A DNA stretch of 64,000 bases, taken from IMG/VR virus record IMGVR_UViG_3300034082_003579; one strand, given 5' to 3'. The notes beneath the pieces are model-generated. The model saw nothing but the letters and a program-made list of their open reading frames with translations, ran no database searches and was not told the DNA's origin. Source of the stretch: a virus (taxonomy: Duplodnaviria; Heunggongvirae; Uroviricota; Caudoviricetes). The translations under genes and the position numbers were made by a program. The number at the start of each line of letters is the position of its first letter. Position 1 is the stretch's first letter. Below are positions 15,767-25,098 of this stretch, in pieces.

Positions 15767-16795
15767 TTACCACTCGGTTGTGTGATCCAAGTCAGATAAA
15801 CGTGATGCTGTGCATTTAGTAGTACACTCCATGCTGTCAAATTTTAAAAATTCTGTAGTCCAAAAAGAGTCATTGATAATTTCAGAAAATGTTTTTGTAT
15901 TGAGATTGAATTTTTCTTTTGCTTGTTGTAACCAGTTGCTGTTATGTTCGTATCTGTTAGCAGTCCAGCAGCAAGGAAAAAACTCGCCGCGACTGTTTAA
16001 AAATACTCCTTTATTTCCTATCAAACAAATGCCTGAAAACTGTGCTGCCTGTTGTAATTGTGTTGCTCTCTGTAAAAATAATACTTTTAGTTCTTTTCCA
16101 GGACGTATTTTGCTGCTCAAGGATATTAATTGACGTTCAAATCTGTGTCCTGCTGCTACCAAGGAAGCATCAGTGGGTTCCAGCAAATCATTGCTGCCAT
16201 AGGCAACTGGGTATTTACTGCCGAACTTAGTGCTTTTTGTCAGCTGATACAAATCAAATCCAAGATCACCGGCAACCTGCTGTTGATGAAGAATTTGATT
16301 CTGATTGAATCTAAATGCTATAGAAGCCCAAGTTCGATAAGTGCTACAGTTGTGAGCAAAGAAAGTCTTTATGCCTTGCTCGATACTGAGCCAATCAGAA
16401 TTAATTCGATACTTTTCGTTACTGAGTTGATCCCAACCATCGATACTCCAGTTAATCTCGTCACGCTCATTTAACACACCAGCTAACTTAGTCCACCATT
16501 CTGCGGATTTGTAACTTCCGTTAGTTACAATAACTAAGTTCATAGCAGGATTAATTTCTTTAATCCACTGGCATATATCTACAAAGTCTTTACAGTATAC
16601 AGGATCGCCGTCATTACCGCAAAATGTTATTTTCCGAATTTGTTTTATAGTTTCACTGCCAATTTGTGTTTTGAAGAATTCCAATGATAACTGTTGATTC
16701 AACAAAGATTCTGCTGCTTCTGCTCTGGGACATCGCGGACATTTCAATGCACAAATACTACTGGCCTCAATATGCCAGTGATCCCATGCTAGCAT
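15767..16795 (-). CDS. Radical SAM protein
   Basis: CALKCPRC, FCGNDGDP, TNG, WSIDG and a C-terminal PCC cluster. Start likely 16795, overlapping the upstream stop. Confidence 0.9.
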   Translation of the reverse strand: MLAWDHWHIEASSICALKCPRCPRAEAAESLLNQQLSLEFFKTQIGSETIKQIRKITFCGNDGDPVYCKDFVDICQWIKEINPAMNLVIVTNGSYKSAEWWTKLAGVLNERDEINWSIDGWDQLSNEKYRINSDWLSIEQGIKTFFAHNCSTYRTWASIAFRFNQNQILHQQQVAGDLGFDLYQLTKSTKFGSKYPVAYGSNDLLEPTDASLVAAGHRFERQLISLSSKIRPGKELKVLFLQRATQLQQAAQFSGICLIGNKGVFLNSRGEFFPCCWTANRYEHNSNWLQQAKEKFNLNTKTFSEIINDSFWTTEFLKFDSMECTTKCTASRLSDLDHTTEW

Positions 16796-17652
16796 AGTTG
16801 CACTTCCTTTTGCCATTGATTAGAAAAGTTTGTTGAGTTGTTCCTACTAGAACATGCAGATTGACACACTGGATGAGGCACTGATTGCCACGATTTTTGT
16901 ATGTCATTAAAATCTAATTCCGTGTGTATTTTTGTATTGCCTAACCAGCAACAAGGATTAACTACTCCTCTGGCATCTATATAAATGCTGCGTTCTGTTA
17001 GAGCATGACACTTTATAGTTCCAGATAACTGGTCGACTGATTGCCATTGATCTGGCAGTGCTAATCCGTTAGCCAACGGTCTTTTGGATATTTTGGCACG
17101 AAACCAACTGAATCCCATTTCCTTGGCCAATTTTTGTGCTTGATCTACTTGATGTTGATTGTGCTGATATACCAACATATCCCAATGCGCAGAACCTCCG
17201 GCGTCGATGAATGTCTGTGCATTTTCCACAACTTTGTCCCAGACAACGCCACGACGGTAAATGTGATTAGTATCGGCTAATCCGTCGATGCTGAACACAA
17301 CATAGTCACGCGATTGGTTGAGTATGACGGCCAATTCTTGCCACCAATCTCGATTGCGAAGACCGCCATTGGTGTTCATGCCCAGAGTAACGGCAGGATT
17401 GATAGAACGTAGGTAACGATACAACTCCAGTGTGTGTTGTCCTGCAGCAGGATCTCCGTAGTTACCACATGTAAACATCTTGTCGAGATTCAACAAGACA
17501 GCAGGATCGATCGCAGTAGATAATTGTTCTACAGTTAAATGACGTTGATCACTAGCATCAAACGCCGGGTCAGTAACACGACTGCACAAAGGGCACGATG
17601 CTTGACAAACATCTGTTGGCTCTACATGCAAGACTCTTATGTCACGCAACAT
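16789..17652 (-). CDS. Radical SAM protein, paralog of the previous gene
   Basis: CQASCPLC, TCGNYGDP, TNGG, FSIDG and PCC...C..AC. Start likely 17652, overlapping the end of gp46. Confidence 0.9.
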   Translation of the reverse strand: MLRDIRVLHVEPTDVCQASCPLCSRVTDPAFDASDQRHLTVEQLSTAIDPAVLLNLDKMFTCGNYGDPAAGQHTLELYRYLRSINPAVTLGMNTNGGLRNRDWWQELAVILNQSRDYVVFSIDGLADTNHIYRRGVVWDKVVENAQTFIDAGGSAHWDMLVYQHNQHQVDQAQKLAKEMGFSWFRAKISKRPLANGLALPDQWQSVDQLSGTIKCHALTERSIYIDARGVVNPCCWLGNTKIHTELDFNDIQKSWQSVPHPVCQSACSSRNNSTNFSNQWQKEVQLC

Positions 17653-19405
17653 CGATATCGGTGTTGTAACTGGTAAATCCATTTTCTTTAATGACTTTTA
17701 AAATATTCTCCACACGTCCAGCCAATTCGTCTCTGTGACTGACTAGCCAAATACTCTTGTGGCGTTCTCTGCTCATTTGTTTTAACAAGCCTAAACTGTT
17801 TTCGACACCTTGTGTGTCTAGTCCGTTGTCGATCATTTCGTCAATAAACAACAAGTTGATAGGTTGATATAGACTTTCAAACACATCTCTGAATGCCCAG
17901 CTCATGCTCAAGATCAGGCGATTGCGTTCGCCTCGGCTGAGATTATCAAAATCCAGTTCTCTGCCCAGCTCTTCGATGCTGACTGTAAGATCGTTTTGAA
18001 ATACCACTGTATGCGGCAAGCCGATGCGATCCAGATAGTGTGTGAGTCTTGAGTTGAGATAACTGAGATTTTGTTCAATGATTTTTTTACGTATAAAAGA
18101 ATCCTTGCTGGTCAATAATTTGAGCAGGAACTCTTGATGTTCTTGCAGCCTTGTCAAGTCGTTCATGTGATCGTAGCTGACTTCCTGCAGGGCCTGTTGC
18201 TGCATGTCTTGGATCTGTTCGGCATAGGGATCTGAATCTTGACTTCTAGTGGCCAGTTCTTTTTTCAAACTTTCCAAGCTGTTGCGATGGTTGAGTGCAT
18301 CTTCCAATGTGTCATAAAACACACGTGGTGCTGTTCCTAGTTCACCAAGATCTTCCAGTTCGTTTTCGTGCTCCATCTGTTGTGTATTATTGGCCAGCAA
18401 TTGCAAGGCAGTTTCTTGCAACGAAGCCTGCTTGCTGTTGCGAATTTCGTCTTGCTTGTGGTCGTGAATGTCTTGTCCACACGCATAGCAACGATGGGCA
18501 TCTAGCGCAGCAATCTCTGCTTTGAGTTTGGCAACCAACTTTTCCAACTTGGCATCGTCGCTTTGTATACTTCTGATCCAGCGAGAGTGTTCATCGATAG
18601 ATTTTTTCTTGGCATGAAATTGTTCTAGATCGCGGTGTGCTGCAACTTCGGCGTCAATGTCGATGTGCTCTAAACTAGAAATGCCCAAGTTCAGTTTTTC
18701 AACATCTTCGTTGCGTTTAGCAGTCCACATACGCTGCCGCTTGTACAAGCTTTCGATCTGTTCTTCGATGCGCTTGTTGGCTTCTTGTACAGCACGTATA
18801 CGAAATTCTTCTTGCTGGATTCCGTCCTTGGTGGCTTTGTTTAGTTCCTTGATACGATCAGCACGTTCGCTTAACAAGGTAATGCCCAGCAGTTGCTCAA
18901 TTAGAGTACGTTGTTCGTTGGCTTTTAAACTGAGAAACGGTTCTGTATAAGTGTTGAGAGCCAGGATGTGCTTGAACATGTCGTGGCTAAGACCCAGTGT
19001 GTGTTCGATAGCATCTTGTGTTTCTCGACTGTCGCCCTGTGAGTTATCGGTGATCGCTTGCTCTTTATGATCCACATAGAACTTCAATACATTGGGTTTA
19101 CGACCGCGTTCGATTCGATACTCCTGGCCTCTGACTGCAAAGTCCAAACTGACCAGCATGTTCTTGCCGTTGGTCTTGTTGACTAAGTTGTCTTTGCGAA
19201 TGTTACTAAGGGCAGTGCCATACAAGGCATAACTTAAAGCATTGATGATTGTGGTCTTGCCGGTGCCGTTTCTACTACCGTCGCCACCAAGATCTAGATT
19301 TTCACCTAACACCAGAGTAAGATCGCGCCGATCAAAGTTAACGCCTTGTGTAGCATTACCTACACTCATAAAATTCTTAACAGTTAAATTTTTAATTTTG
19401 ATCAT
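17642..19405 (-). CDS. gp46: Recombination ATPase, Rad50/SbcC-like (gp46)
   Basis: KNFMSVGN, Walker A NGTGKTT, CYAC zinc hook, LSRGE signature and LFIDE Walker B. Confidence 0.95.
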   Translation of the reverse strand: MIKIKNLTVKNFMSVGNATQGVNFDRRDLTLVLGENLDLGGDGSRNGTGKTTIINALSYALYGTALSNIRKDNLVNKTNGKNMLVSLDFAVRGQEYRIERGRKPNVLKFYVDHKEQAITDNSQGDSRETQDAIEHTLGLSHDMFKHILALNTYTEPFLSLKANEQRTLIEQLLGITLLSERADRIKELNKATKDGIQQEEFRIRAVQEANKRIEEQIESLYKRQRMWTAKRNEDVEKLNLGISSLEHIDIDAEVAAHRDLEQFHAKKKSIDEHSRWIRSIQSDDAKLEKLVAKLKAEIAALDAHRCYACGQDIHDHKQDEIRNSKQASLQETALQLLANNTQQMEHENELEDLGELGTAPRVFYDTLEDALNHRNSLESLKKELATRSQDSDPYAEQIQDMQQQALQEVSYDHMNDLTRLQEHQEFLLKLLTSKDSFIRKKIIEQNLSYLNSRLTHYLDRIGLPHTVVFQNDLTVSIEELGRELDFDNLSRGERNRLILSMSWAFRDVFESLYQPINLLFIDEMIDNGLDTQGVENSLGLLKQMSRERHKSIWLVSHRDELAGRVENILKVIKENGFTSYNTDIDVA

Positions 19406-19490
19406 GGTCTTTTTCTAAGGCTATTTTGTAATGTTGATGCAACATGTTTTTAACTGCATCAATTCAGAAGACTTATGTATAGTTAAATTT

Positions 19491-20630
19491 TTAATTCGAG
19501 TTATCATGTAAAAATTTTATTAATTCAGGAAACGTGTCAGACATATTTAAATTTCTTCTCTCATCCAAGGGCCCGAGAAAATTCAATAGTGATCGACCAT
19601 TGACTGTTGATACTCGCTGATTCAAATTCTCAACAATGTTTTTAATAACCGGATGATTTATGTGCTGTATTCTGCTTAAAATCCAAGATTTAACGCTGGC
19701 ATCAAAATTGTACAAGTTTAGAACAGCAGGTTGATCGAGCATGTTAAAAAATAATTTTAAATCATAAGATTGACAATAATCTAAAATTTCTTCTATGTAC
19801 CCAATGTTTAGTATACTAACTGTAGTGATGATTGTCAATTCTAAATTAGGCACACTGTTTCTTAGATTTTGATAAAATCTAACATTTGAATTTAACTCAT
19901 CCCACTTGGCAGGAAATCTTAGATATTCAAATTGTTTACCAACACCGTCGACGCTGATGTTTAATTCGACAGCTTTAAATTTGTGCCAAAACAATAGCTG
20001 TTCGGTTGGTAATCGTGTTCCGTTTGTGTTGTACTTGATTCTAATATGTTGTGCATGGTTGTTGTCAACCAACCATTCTAATAACTCGGCTTGCTGATCT
20101 ATGCACATCATAAAAGGTTCGCCGCCAATGAATTCAATTGCACCTACTGTACTGGCATGATCTCTGAGATTCTGCCAGACATCGGAGTCCTCTGACAGCA
20201 ACACAGCAGGCATGACCGGCAGATTAAATTTTTTATTTTCACTTGCCCAACCCGTGCTATATTGATCGTTGCAGCTGGTACACCTAAGATTACAATGATT
20301 TCCTAGTCGTAGATAATATTCGACAAATTTATTAGCCGGCTTGATTAAATCTTTGTTTAAAATTTTAAAAATTTTGTCATAAGTTTTATTGTCGCGTTGT
20401 CGTTTGCTGACATGACCACTCTGCTCTTGCCTCCAACAAACACTGCATTCGGGTATTTTTTCCCCATCGACAATACTTTTCTTAATTGACTTTAACTCTT
20501 CGCTGTTTACATATTCATCAACGGTGTTATATTTGAATACATTTTTAAACAAGCAACACGGATTCATTCCTTCGTTGAACTTAGCATGTAATGTAATCCA
20601 CGGATTAACACAAAAAGTATCAAGGTTCAT
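19491..20630 (-). CDS. Radical SAM protein with an N-terminal Twitch/SPASM-like Cys cluster
   Basis: CVNPW...PCC...CSVCW..E, CNLRCTSC, GGEP, YNTNGT and SVDG; visibly AT-rich. Confidence 0.9.
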   Translation of the reverse strand: MNLDTFCVNPWITLHAKFNEGMNPCCLFKNVFKYNTVDEYVNSEELKSIKKSIVDGEKIPECSVCWRQEQSGHVSKRQRDNKTYDKIFKILNKDLIKPANKFVEYYLRLGNHCNLRCTSCNDQYSTGWASENKKFNLPVMPAVLLSEDSDVWQNLRDHASTVGAIEFIGGEPFMMCIDQQAELLEWLVDNNHAQHIRIKYNTNGTRLPTEQLLFWHKFKAVELNISVDGVGKQFEYLRFPAKWDELNSNVRFYQNLRNSVPNLELTIITTVSILNIGYIEEILDYCQSYDLKLFFNMLDQPAVLNLYNFDASVKSWILSRIQHINHPVIKNIVENLNQRVSTVNGRSLLNFLGPLDERRNLNMSDTFPELIKFLHDNSN

Positions 20631-21643
20631 AAGTTTTGATATATTTTTAGTAGTAGTTTAGGATCATAGAACTCACTTTCGATGGCAGTGATCTGATCTG
20701 TAACAATTTGGTCCACGCTTTCAAATTTGACCTCGCCTGGAGCCATGTCGGTGTCAACAGCAGCACTCTTGCTGGGTATCAGGGCCATTTCTCTCAGATG
20801 GTAGTCCTTGACAAATGTTTCCTTGATAAAATTAGCTTCTTCGTAACTGATCTCAATGTCCAGTTGAACACGCACATGCATGCCAGGTGATAACAGATTG
20901 TCTGCATTATCAATCACCTGACTCAAGCCGTACACTCGATATAACGGTTGTCCAGGCCAAGCATGATAAACCGGCTCCGAACCCCAGTCCAGCACCATCA
21001 TGCCACGTGCATCATCGCCGGCGTCGGCAAAGTTGTGGGGAAAACAGTTACCGATATAGTTGATGTTTTTCTTTTGCTGGCGAAGATGAAAATGTCCACT
21101 GAACACAGACTCAATGCCGCTGAAGCTGTCAACCTTGACTTCGCCGTGATCGGGCATTTCCACCATGGCATTCATCTTGAAGTGCGGCAACTCAAAGTGC
21201 CCAAACACATATTTGGATGATAATTTTGGTATACGCTTGTAATCGTCGCCCACTAACCACGGAGCAATTACAACATCTCCCGATTGAAACCAGTCGTTGA
21301 CAATTTGTATATTGGGCAAGTGTCTAGCCCATTCGGCACCGTGTATGTCACGCCGATCTCGGTAGTAGAGATCGTGATTGCCCGGGATAAAATAAAATTG
21401 ATCGAATGCAGCCGACAGCTTTTCTAAAGCTCGCAAGCTGAAGTTCAGGGTCTGCAGATTGATACTGGCTCGATGGTGATGCCAGTCGCCCAGAAACATG
21501 CCAGTTTCGCAACCGTTTGCTCGAGCAGTGGCAATAAACCAATCGATGAATTGTTCGCAGTCTTGATTGTGCAGTAGACTGTTGCTCTTGAGACCAAAGT
21601 GTATGTCGGTGCAAACTGCTACTTTTCGAAATAGATTACTCAT
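20627..21643 (-). CDS. gp47: Recombination nuclease, Mre11/SbcD-like (gp47)
   Basis: TDIHFG, LGDWHH, GNHD, GHFE and SGHFH metallophosphoesterase motifs. Confidence 0.95.
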   Translation of the reverse strand: MSNLFRKVAVCTDIHFGLKSNSLLHNQDCEQFIDWFIATARANGCETGMFLGDWHHHRASINLQTLNFSLRALEKLSAAFDQFYFIPGNHDLYYRDRRDIHGAEWARHLPNIQIVNDWFQSGDVVIAPWLVGDDYKRIPKLSSKYVFGHFELPHFKMNAMVEMPDHGEVKVDSFSGIESVFSGHFHLRQQKKNINYIGNCFPHNFADAGDDARGMMVLDWGSEPVYHAWPGQPLYRVYGLSQVIDNADNLLSPGMHVRVQLDIEISYEEANFIKETFVKDYHLREMALIPSKSAAVDTDMAPGEVKFESVDQIVTDQITAIESEFYDPKLLLKIYQNL

Positions 21644-21671
21644 TGTGTCCTTGATGACGGATGCCAGGAAT

Positions 21672-21707
21672 TGTACAATTGTAACAATTGTACACCCTGA
21701 TAGTCAA
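21672..21707 (-). promoter_or_regulatory. Sigma70-type promoter (TTGACT-18-TACAAT) with a perfect 23 bp palindrome over the -10 box
   Basis: -35 at 21707-21702, -10 at 21683-21678; TGTACAATTGT-A-ACAATTGTACA at 21672-21694. Confidence 0.6.
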
Positions 21708-21718
21708 GCAGTTAGAGC

Positions 21719-22663
21719 TTATTGCTGTCGAGCGTCTTCTTGGGCTTGGAAATCAGCTGGATCAAGCACAGTGACCGGTCCCGGCTGTTGATGCGGTTTT
21801 CCTGAATTCTGTCGAGTCCAGCTAGGATTAAGCCCGTTCATTTCTAGTATATCATCACGAATGTTTTGCATTTTCTTTTCAATATTTAAGATACGAGTAA
21901 ACGAATTGGTGATAGCAGCAGTATAGTAGGCAAACGGGTTCTGGCTTTTGCTTTCGTCAAACTGCAGACCAATTTGACTTAACTGTAACAGGGCTTGACC
22001 ACGCATTTCTTCGTTGTAAGTGTAGCCACGCCAATTGCTACGTGTGGCATAACGTTCACATAGTTTCAAAAACATTCTGGCCAGTTCGGCTGTCATGTCT
22101 CCGTGGTCGCGGCAGTATTCGCCTGTTTCTAAATCACCGCGCCAATGGCTTTTACCCACAAGATACGGGTCTTTATCTTCTGTAATACGATAATGATAAA
22201 ACGGAGGAAAGTTTACACGCACATGAGTGGGGTCTAGTACAATTTCGTCTACAATATCGGCTAAGGGATCTTCTACCGGATCTTCTAGTTCCAGCATGTC
22301 TTTGAGTTGTTTCTTTTTGCCCACCGGTTTGGGTTCTTTTTTGGGTGCCCACGGTATGTGTTCCCAGCAGGTGATTCTAAACACTAGATCTGTGTTGGGT
22401 ATTTTCTTGTCATTGACAATTTCGCCTGTTTCTCGTTTGATACGATCAGCACGGTTGCGTCTGGCTTCAGCCACAGTGCGCTGATTGATTCGATCAAGGC
22501 TGGGCAAAATGATATCATACTGATGATCTGTTACAGGGTCACGATAGGCGCAGTAGGTGTTCTTGCTGAGGTGAATCTGTTTCAGCAAATCTCTGTTGTT
22601 GAGATAATTGACTCTGCCGGGTTTTTTAATTACGATTGTTGTTATGGGAGTTGTTGATGACAA
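21719..22663 (-). CDS. gp55: Late transcription sigma factor (gp55)
   Basis: RSNWRGYTYNEEM...FDESKSQNPFAYYT...NSF.R matches the gp55 core; TTG start with an AGGAG Shine-Dalgarno. Confidence 0.9.
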   Translation of the reverse strand: MSSTTPITTIVIKKPGRVNYLNNRDLLKQIHLSKNTYCAYRDPVTDHQYDIILPSLDRINQRTVAEARRNRADRIKRETGEIVNDKKIPNTDLVFRITCWEHIPWAPKKEPKPVGKKKQLKDMLELEDPVEDPLADIVDEIVLDPTHVRVNFPPFYHYRITEDKDPYLVGKSHWRGDLETGEYCRDHGDMTAELARMFLKLCERYATRSNWRGYTYNEEMRGQALLQLSQIGLQFDESKSQNPFAYYTAAITNSFTRILNIEKKMQNIRDDILEMNGLNPSWTRQNSGKPHQQPGPVTVLDPADFQAQEDARQQ

Positions 22664-22751
22664 CTTGCTTCTCCTAATGGATTACTTATTATAACACAAT
22701 GTTGCCAAAAAACAACAGGTATTTTTATAAACTTAGCCGTTTTTGATCTCG

Positions 22752-22758
22752 ATAAATA
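22752..22758 (+). promoter_or_regulatory. Late promoter ATAAATA heading the baseplate operon
   Basis: 21 nt upstream of the ATG at 22780. Confidence 0.6.
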
Positions 22759-22779
22759 ACACATAGGATAACGATACTT

Positions 22780-24795
22780 ATGGCCACCAATCCACCTACT
22801 ACAGTTGCTAACCCACCCAATCCACAGGTCCCGGCTCTGGTGCGAGATATTATCGGTCCGGTTGATCGCGATGAATTCAGAAAAAACAATGCTGCAGCAT
22901 TTAGAGAATACGAAGGAGATATAGCACAAGGACGAAATGCATTAGCTAACAAATATTTTAACGAAGCTGCTGTAGCAGCTGGCGGACCAGATAATGTAAC
23001 TCAGGCCCAGTTTAATCAGATTGTCTTTGCAGCAAGAGATAACGCTACACTTGCTGCAAACCAAAAATTTGCTGTGCAAATTGCCAATGCAGGTGCAGGT
23101 CAACTAACGAACAGCCCAGCACCAACCCCGTTAGCAACACAACCTATTCCGCCAATATCATCCAATACTGCCCCAGTTAATCCTGCTGCCAATCCGCAGG
23201 CACCTGCTGCTGCTCCGACACCGCCGCCTGGCCGCCCTCTACTACCACTAAGGGATGACGGTGGTAGCTTTAATCGCCAGATTGGTGATGTTAGAGAAGA
23301 CGGGGCTGTACTAACTCAATTTCTTGATAACGGTACTCCAGTTTTTGTTATAAATGCATCAGCTACTAATAGTGCAGTTAGCCCGACAGCCAATCCACAA
23401 GTACCTGCTGCAACTACACCTGCGCAGACGCAGGTGGCAGCGGCACCTACAGTAAATCCTGCTACCAATCCGCAAGTACCTGCCGACGCCGTCATCAGCG
23501 ACTCTCCGCTGCAGGTTCTCCTTGGCGGCGTGGTCATTACTAATCAAACAGATCTAGATACCTTGGCACGTCTGGGTAATGACGTCTTTGTGACGCGGGA
23601 CAATCTGTTCAGGACTGAGCTTATCAGTCCAAGAAACCCTGCAGTCATTGCGCGAGTAAATGAACTACGGGAGCGCCTGATCAGAGAGGAAGCAAGCTAC
23701 GACCGTTTTCGTAATGCTGCAATAGCCCGCGCTCGTACAGCAGCGCCGCCACCTGTGGCACCTGCTGCCAATCCACAGGTAACACCAGCAGATCCTCCCA
23801 GCATCACCGGTGACGAAACTGCATTTGTGCCCACACCCCCAGGCGCTGCTTTACCCAACCCAGTTTCTCCAGCTACCAATCCGCAGGTGCCGCCACCGCC
23901 ACCGCCACCGCCGGCAAGACCAGCCACAGTAACAACCACTGCAAAAACTGCAGCAGAAATAGCACTAGCTGCAGAGCAACAAAACGCAAGAGACAATGCT
24001 CGTGCTCAAGCACAGTTACAAGCACAGCGAGCACAAGCAGCCGCTGGCGATTGGCGACTAAAATTACGACTAGCACCCGGCAGCGATTATCTTTACAACG
24101 CTGCCGAGCCTGGCATTTTACAACCTTTGCAAGTCACAGACGGAGTAATATTCCCCTACACTCCCTCAATCACTACCACCTACACAGCTCAGTACAACAG
24201 TTATGATTTAACACATAGCAATTATCGTGGATACTTTTATCAAGGCAGTCATGTGGGCGAGCTGAATATAACCGCTACATTTACAGCACAGGATTCAAAT
24301 GAAGCTGCTTATCTGTTGGCAGTGATACAATTTTTCCGCAGTGTGACCAAAATGTTTTACGGACAACAAGATGCTTTTAGAGGCAGTCCTCCGCCCTTGG
24401 TATTCTTGCAGGGTTATGGCGATTTTCAATTTAATCTAAACCCTTGCGTGGTGCAGACATTTAACTACAATCTGCCGGCTGATGTTGACTATATTCGTGC
24501 TGGCGCACCCAACATTGATGGTACCAGCCTGTTGAAACGCCGAGATCGTCAGACCACTACAGTCGGTGGCAGTAATCCATCGAATGGGCGTATGATTGCG
24601 TCTGGATTAAACTCTGGTGGAATGAGACCCACACCACCGCCTGTGACATTAGGTCGTGCGCAACCAACCTATGTACCAACCAAAATGGAGATTACGCTGG
24701 TACTGTTGCCCATGCAGACACGTTCGCAAGTGAGTCGAGAGTTCAGCTTGGAAAGATTTGCCAATGGTTCATTGGTTCAACGAGGATTTTGGTAA
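22780..24795 (+). CDS. Baseplate/tail-tube initiator-like protein (gp48/gp54-like C-terminal domain) with a long Pro-rich repeat N-terminus
   Basis: C-terminal GVIFPYTPSI...THSNY...FTAQ...FFRSVTKMFYG...PPP tube-like fold; N-terminal V(N/S/A)P(A/T)(A/T)NPQ(V/A) repeats. Confidence 0.65.
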   Translation: MATNPPTTVANPPNPQVPALVRDIIGPVDRDEFRKNNAAAFREYEGDIAQGRNALANKYFNEAAVAAGGPDNVTQAQFNQIVFAARDNATLAANQKFAVQIANAGAGQLTNSPAPTPLATQPIPPISSNTAPVNPAANPQAPAAAPTPPPGRPLLPLRDDGGSFNRQIGDVREDGAVLTQFLDNGTPVFVINASATNSAVSPTANPQVPAATTPAQTQVAAAPTVNPATNPQVPADAVISDSPLQVLLGGVVITNQTDLDTLARLGNDVFVTRDNLFRTELISPRNPAVIARVNELRERLIREEASYDRFRNAAIARARTAAPPPVAPAANPQVTPADPPSITGDETAFVPTPPGAALPNPVSPATNPQVPPPPPPPPARPATVTTTAKTAAEIALAAEQQNARDNARAQAQLQAQRAQAAAGDWRLKLRLAPGSDYLYNAAEPGILQPLQVTDGVIFPYTPSITTTYTAQYNSYDLTHSNYRGYFYQGSHVGELNITATFTAQDSNEAAYLLAVIQFFRSVTKMFYGQQDAFRGSPPPLVFLQGYGDFQFNLNPCVVQTFNYNLPADVDYIRAGAPNIDGTSLLKRRDRQTTTVGGSNPSNGRMIASGLNSGGMRPTPPPVTLGRAQPTYVPTKMEITLVLLPMQTRSQVSREFSLERFANGSLVQRGFW

Positions 24796-25094
24796 TGGCC
24801 ACCTATAACCCCACAAGCCCCTACTTCCTGACAAATTATGTGCAGTTTTATCTGGATGTCATGACTGACCGTAACTTCCCCAAAGAGGTAGACGATACAG
24901 TGTTTGAAATAAATCAAACCTATCAGTATCGTCCCGACCTACTGGCCTACGACCTGTATCAACAGCCCGGCCTATGGTGGGTATTTTATCAACGCAATCC
25001 CAATACCTTGACTGCACCACCGTGGGATTTTGCCGCAGGAACCACAATTTATCTTCCCAAAATAAACACTTTACAAACTGTTCTAGGATTCTAG
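24795..25094 (+). CDS. Baseplate wedge protein, gp53/LysM-like
   Basis: YQYRPDLLAYDLY...LWWVF..RN...G..IYLP; TAATG overlap gives a start at 24795. Confidence 0.75.
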   Translation: MATYNPTSPYFLTNYVQFYLDVMTDRNFPKEVDDTVFEINQTYQYRPDLLAYDLYQQPGLWWVFYQRNPNTLTAPPWDFAAGTTIYLPKINTLQTVLGF

Positions 25095-25098
25095 TAAC

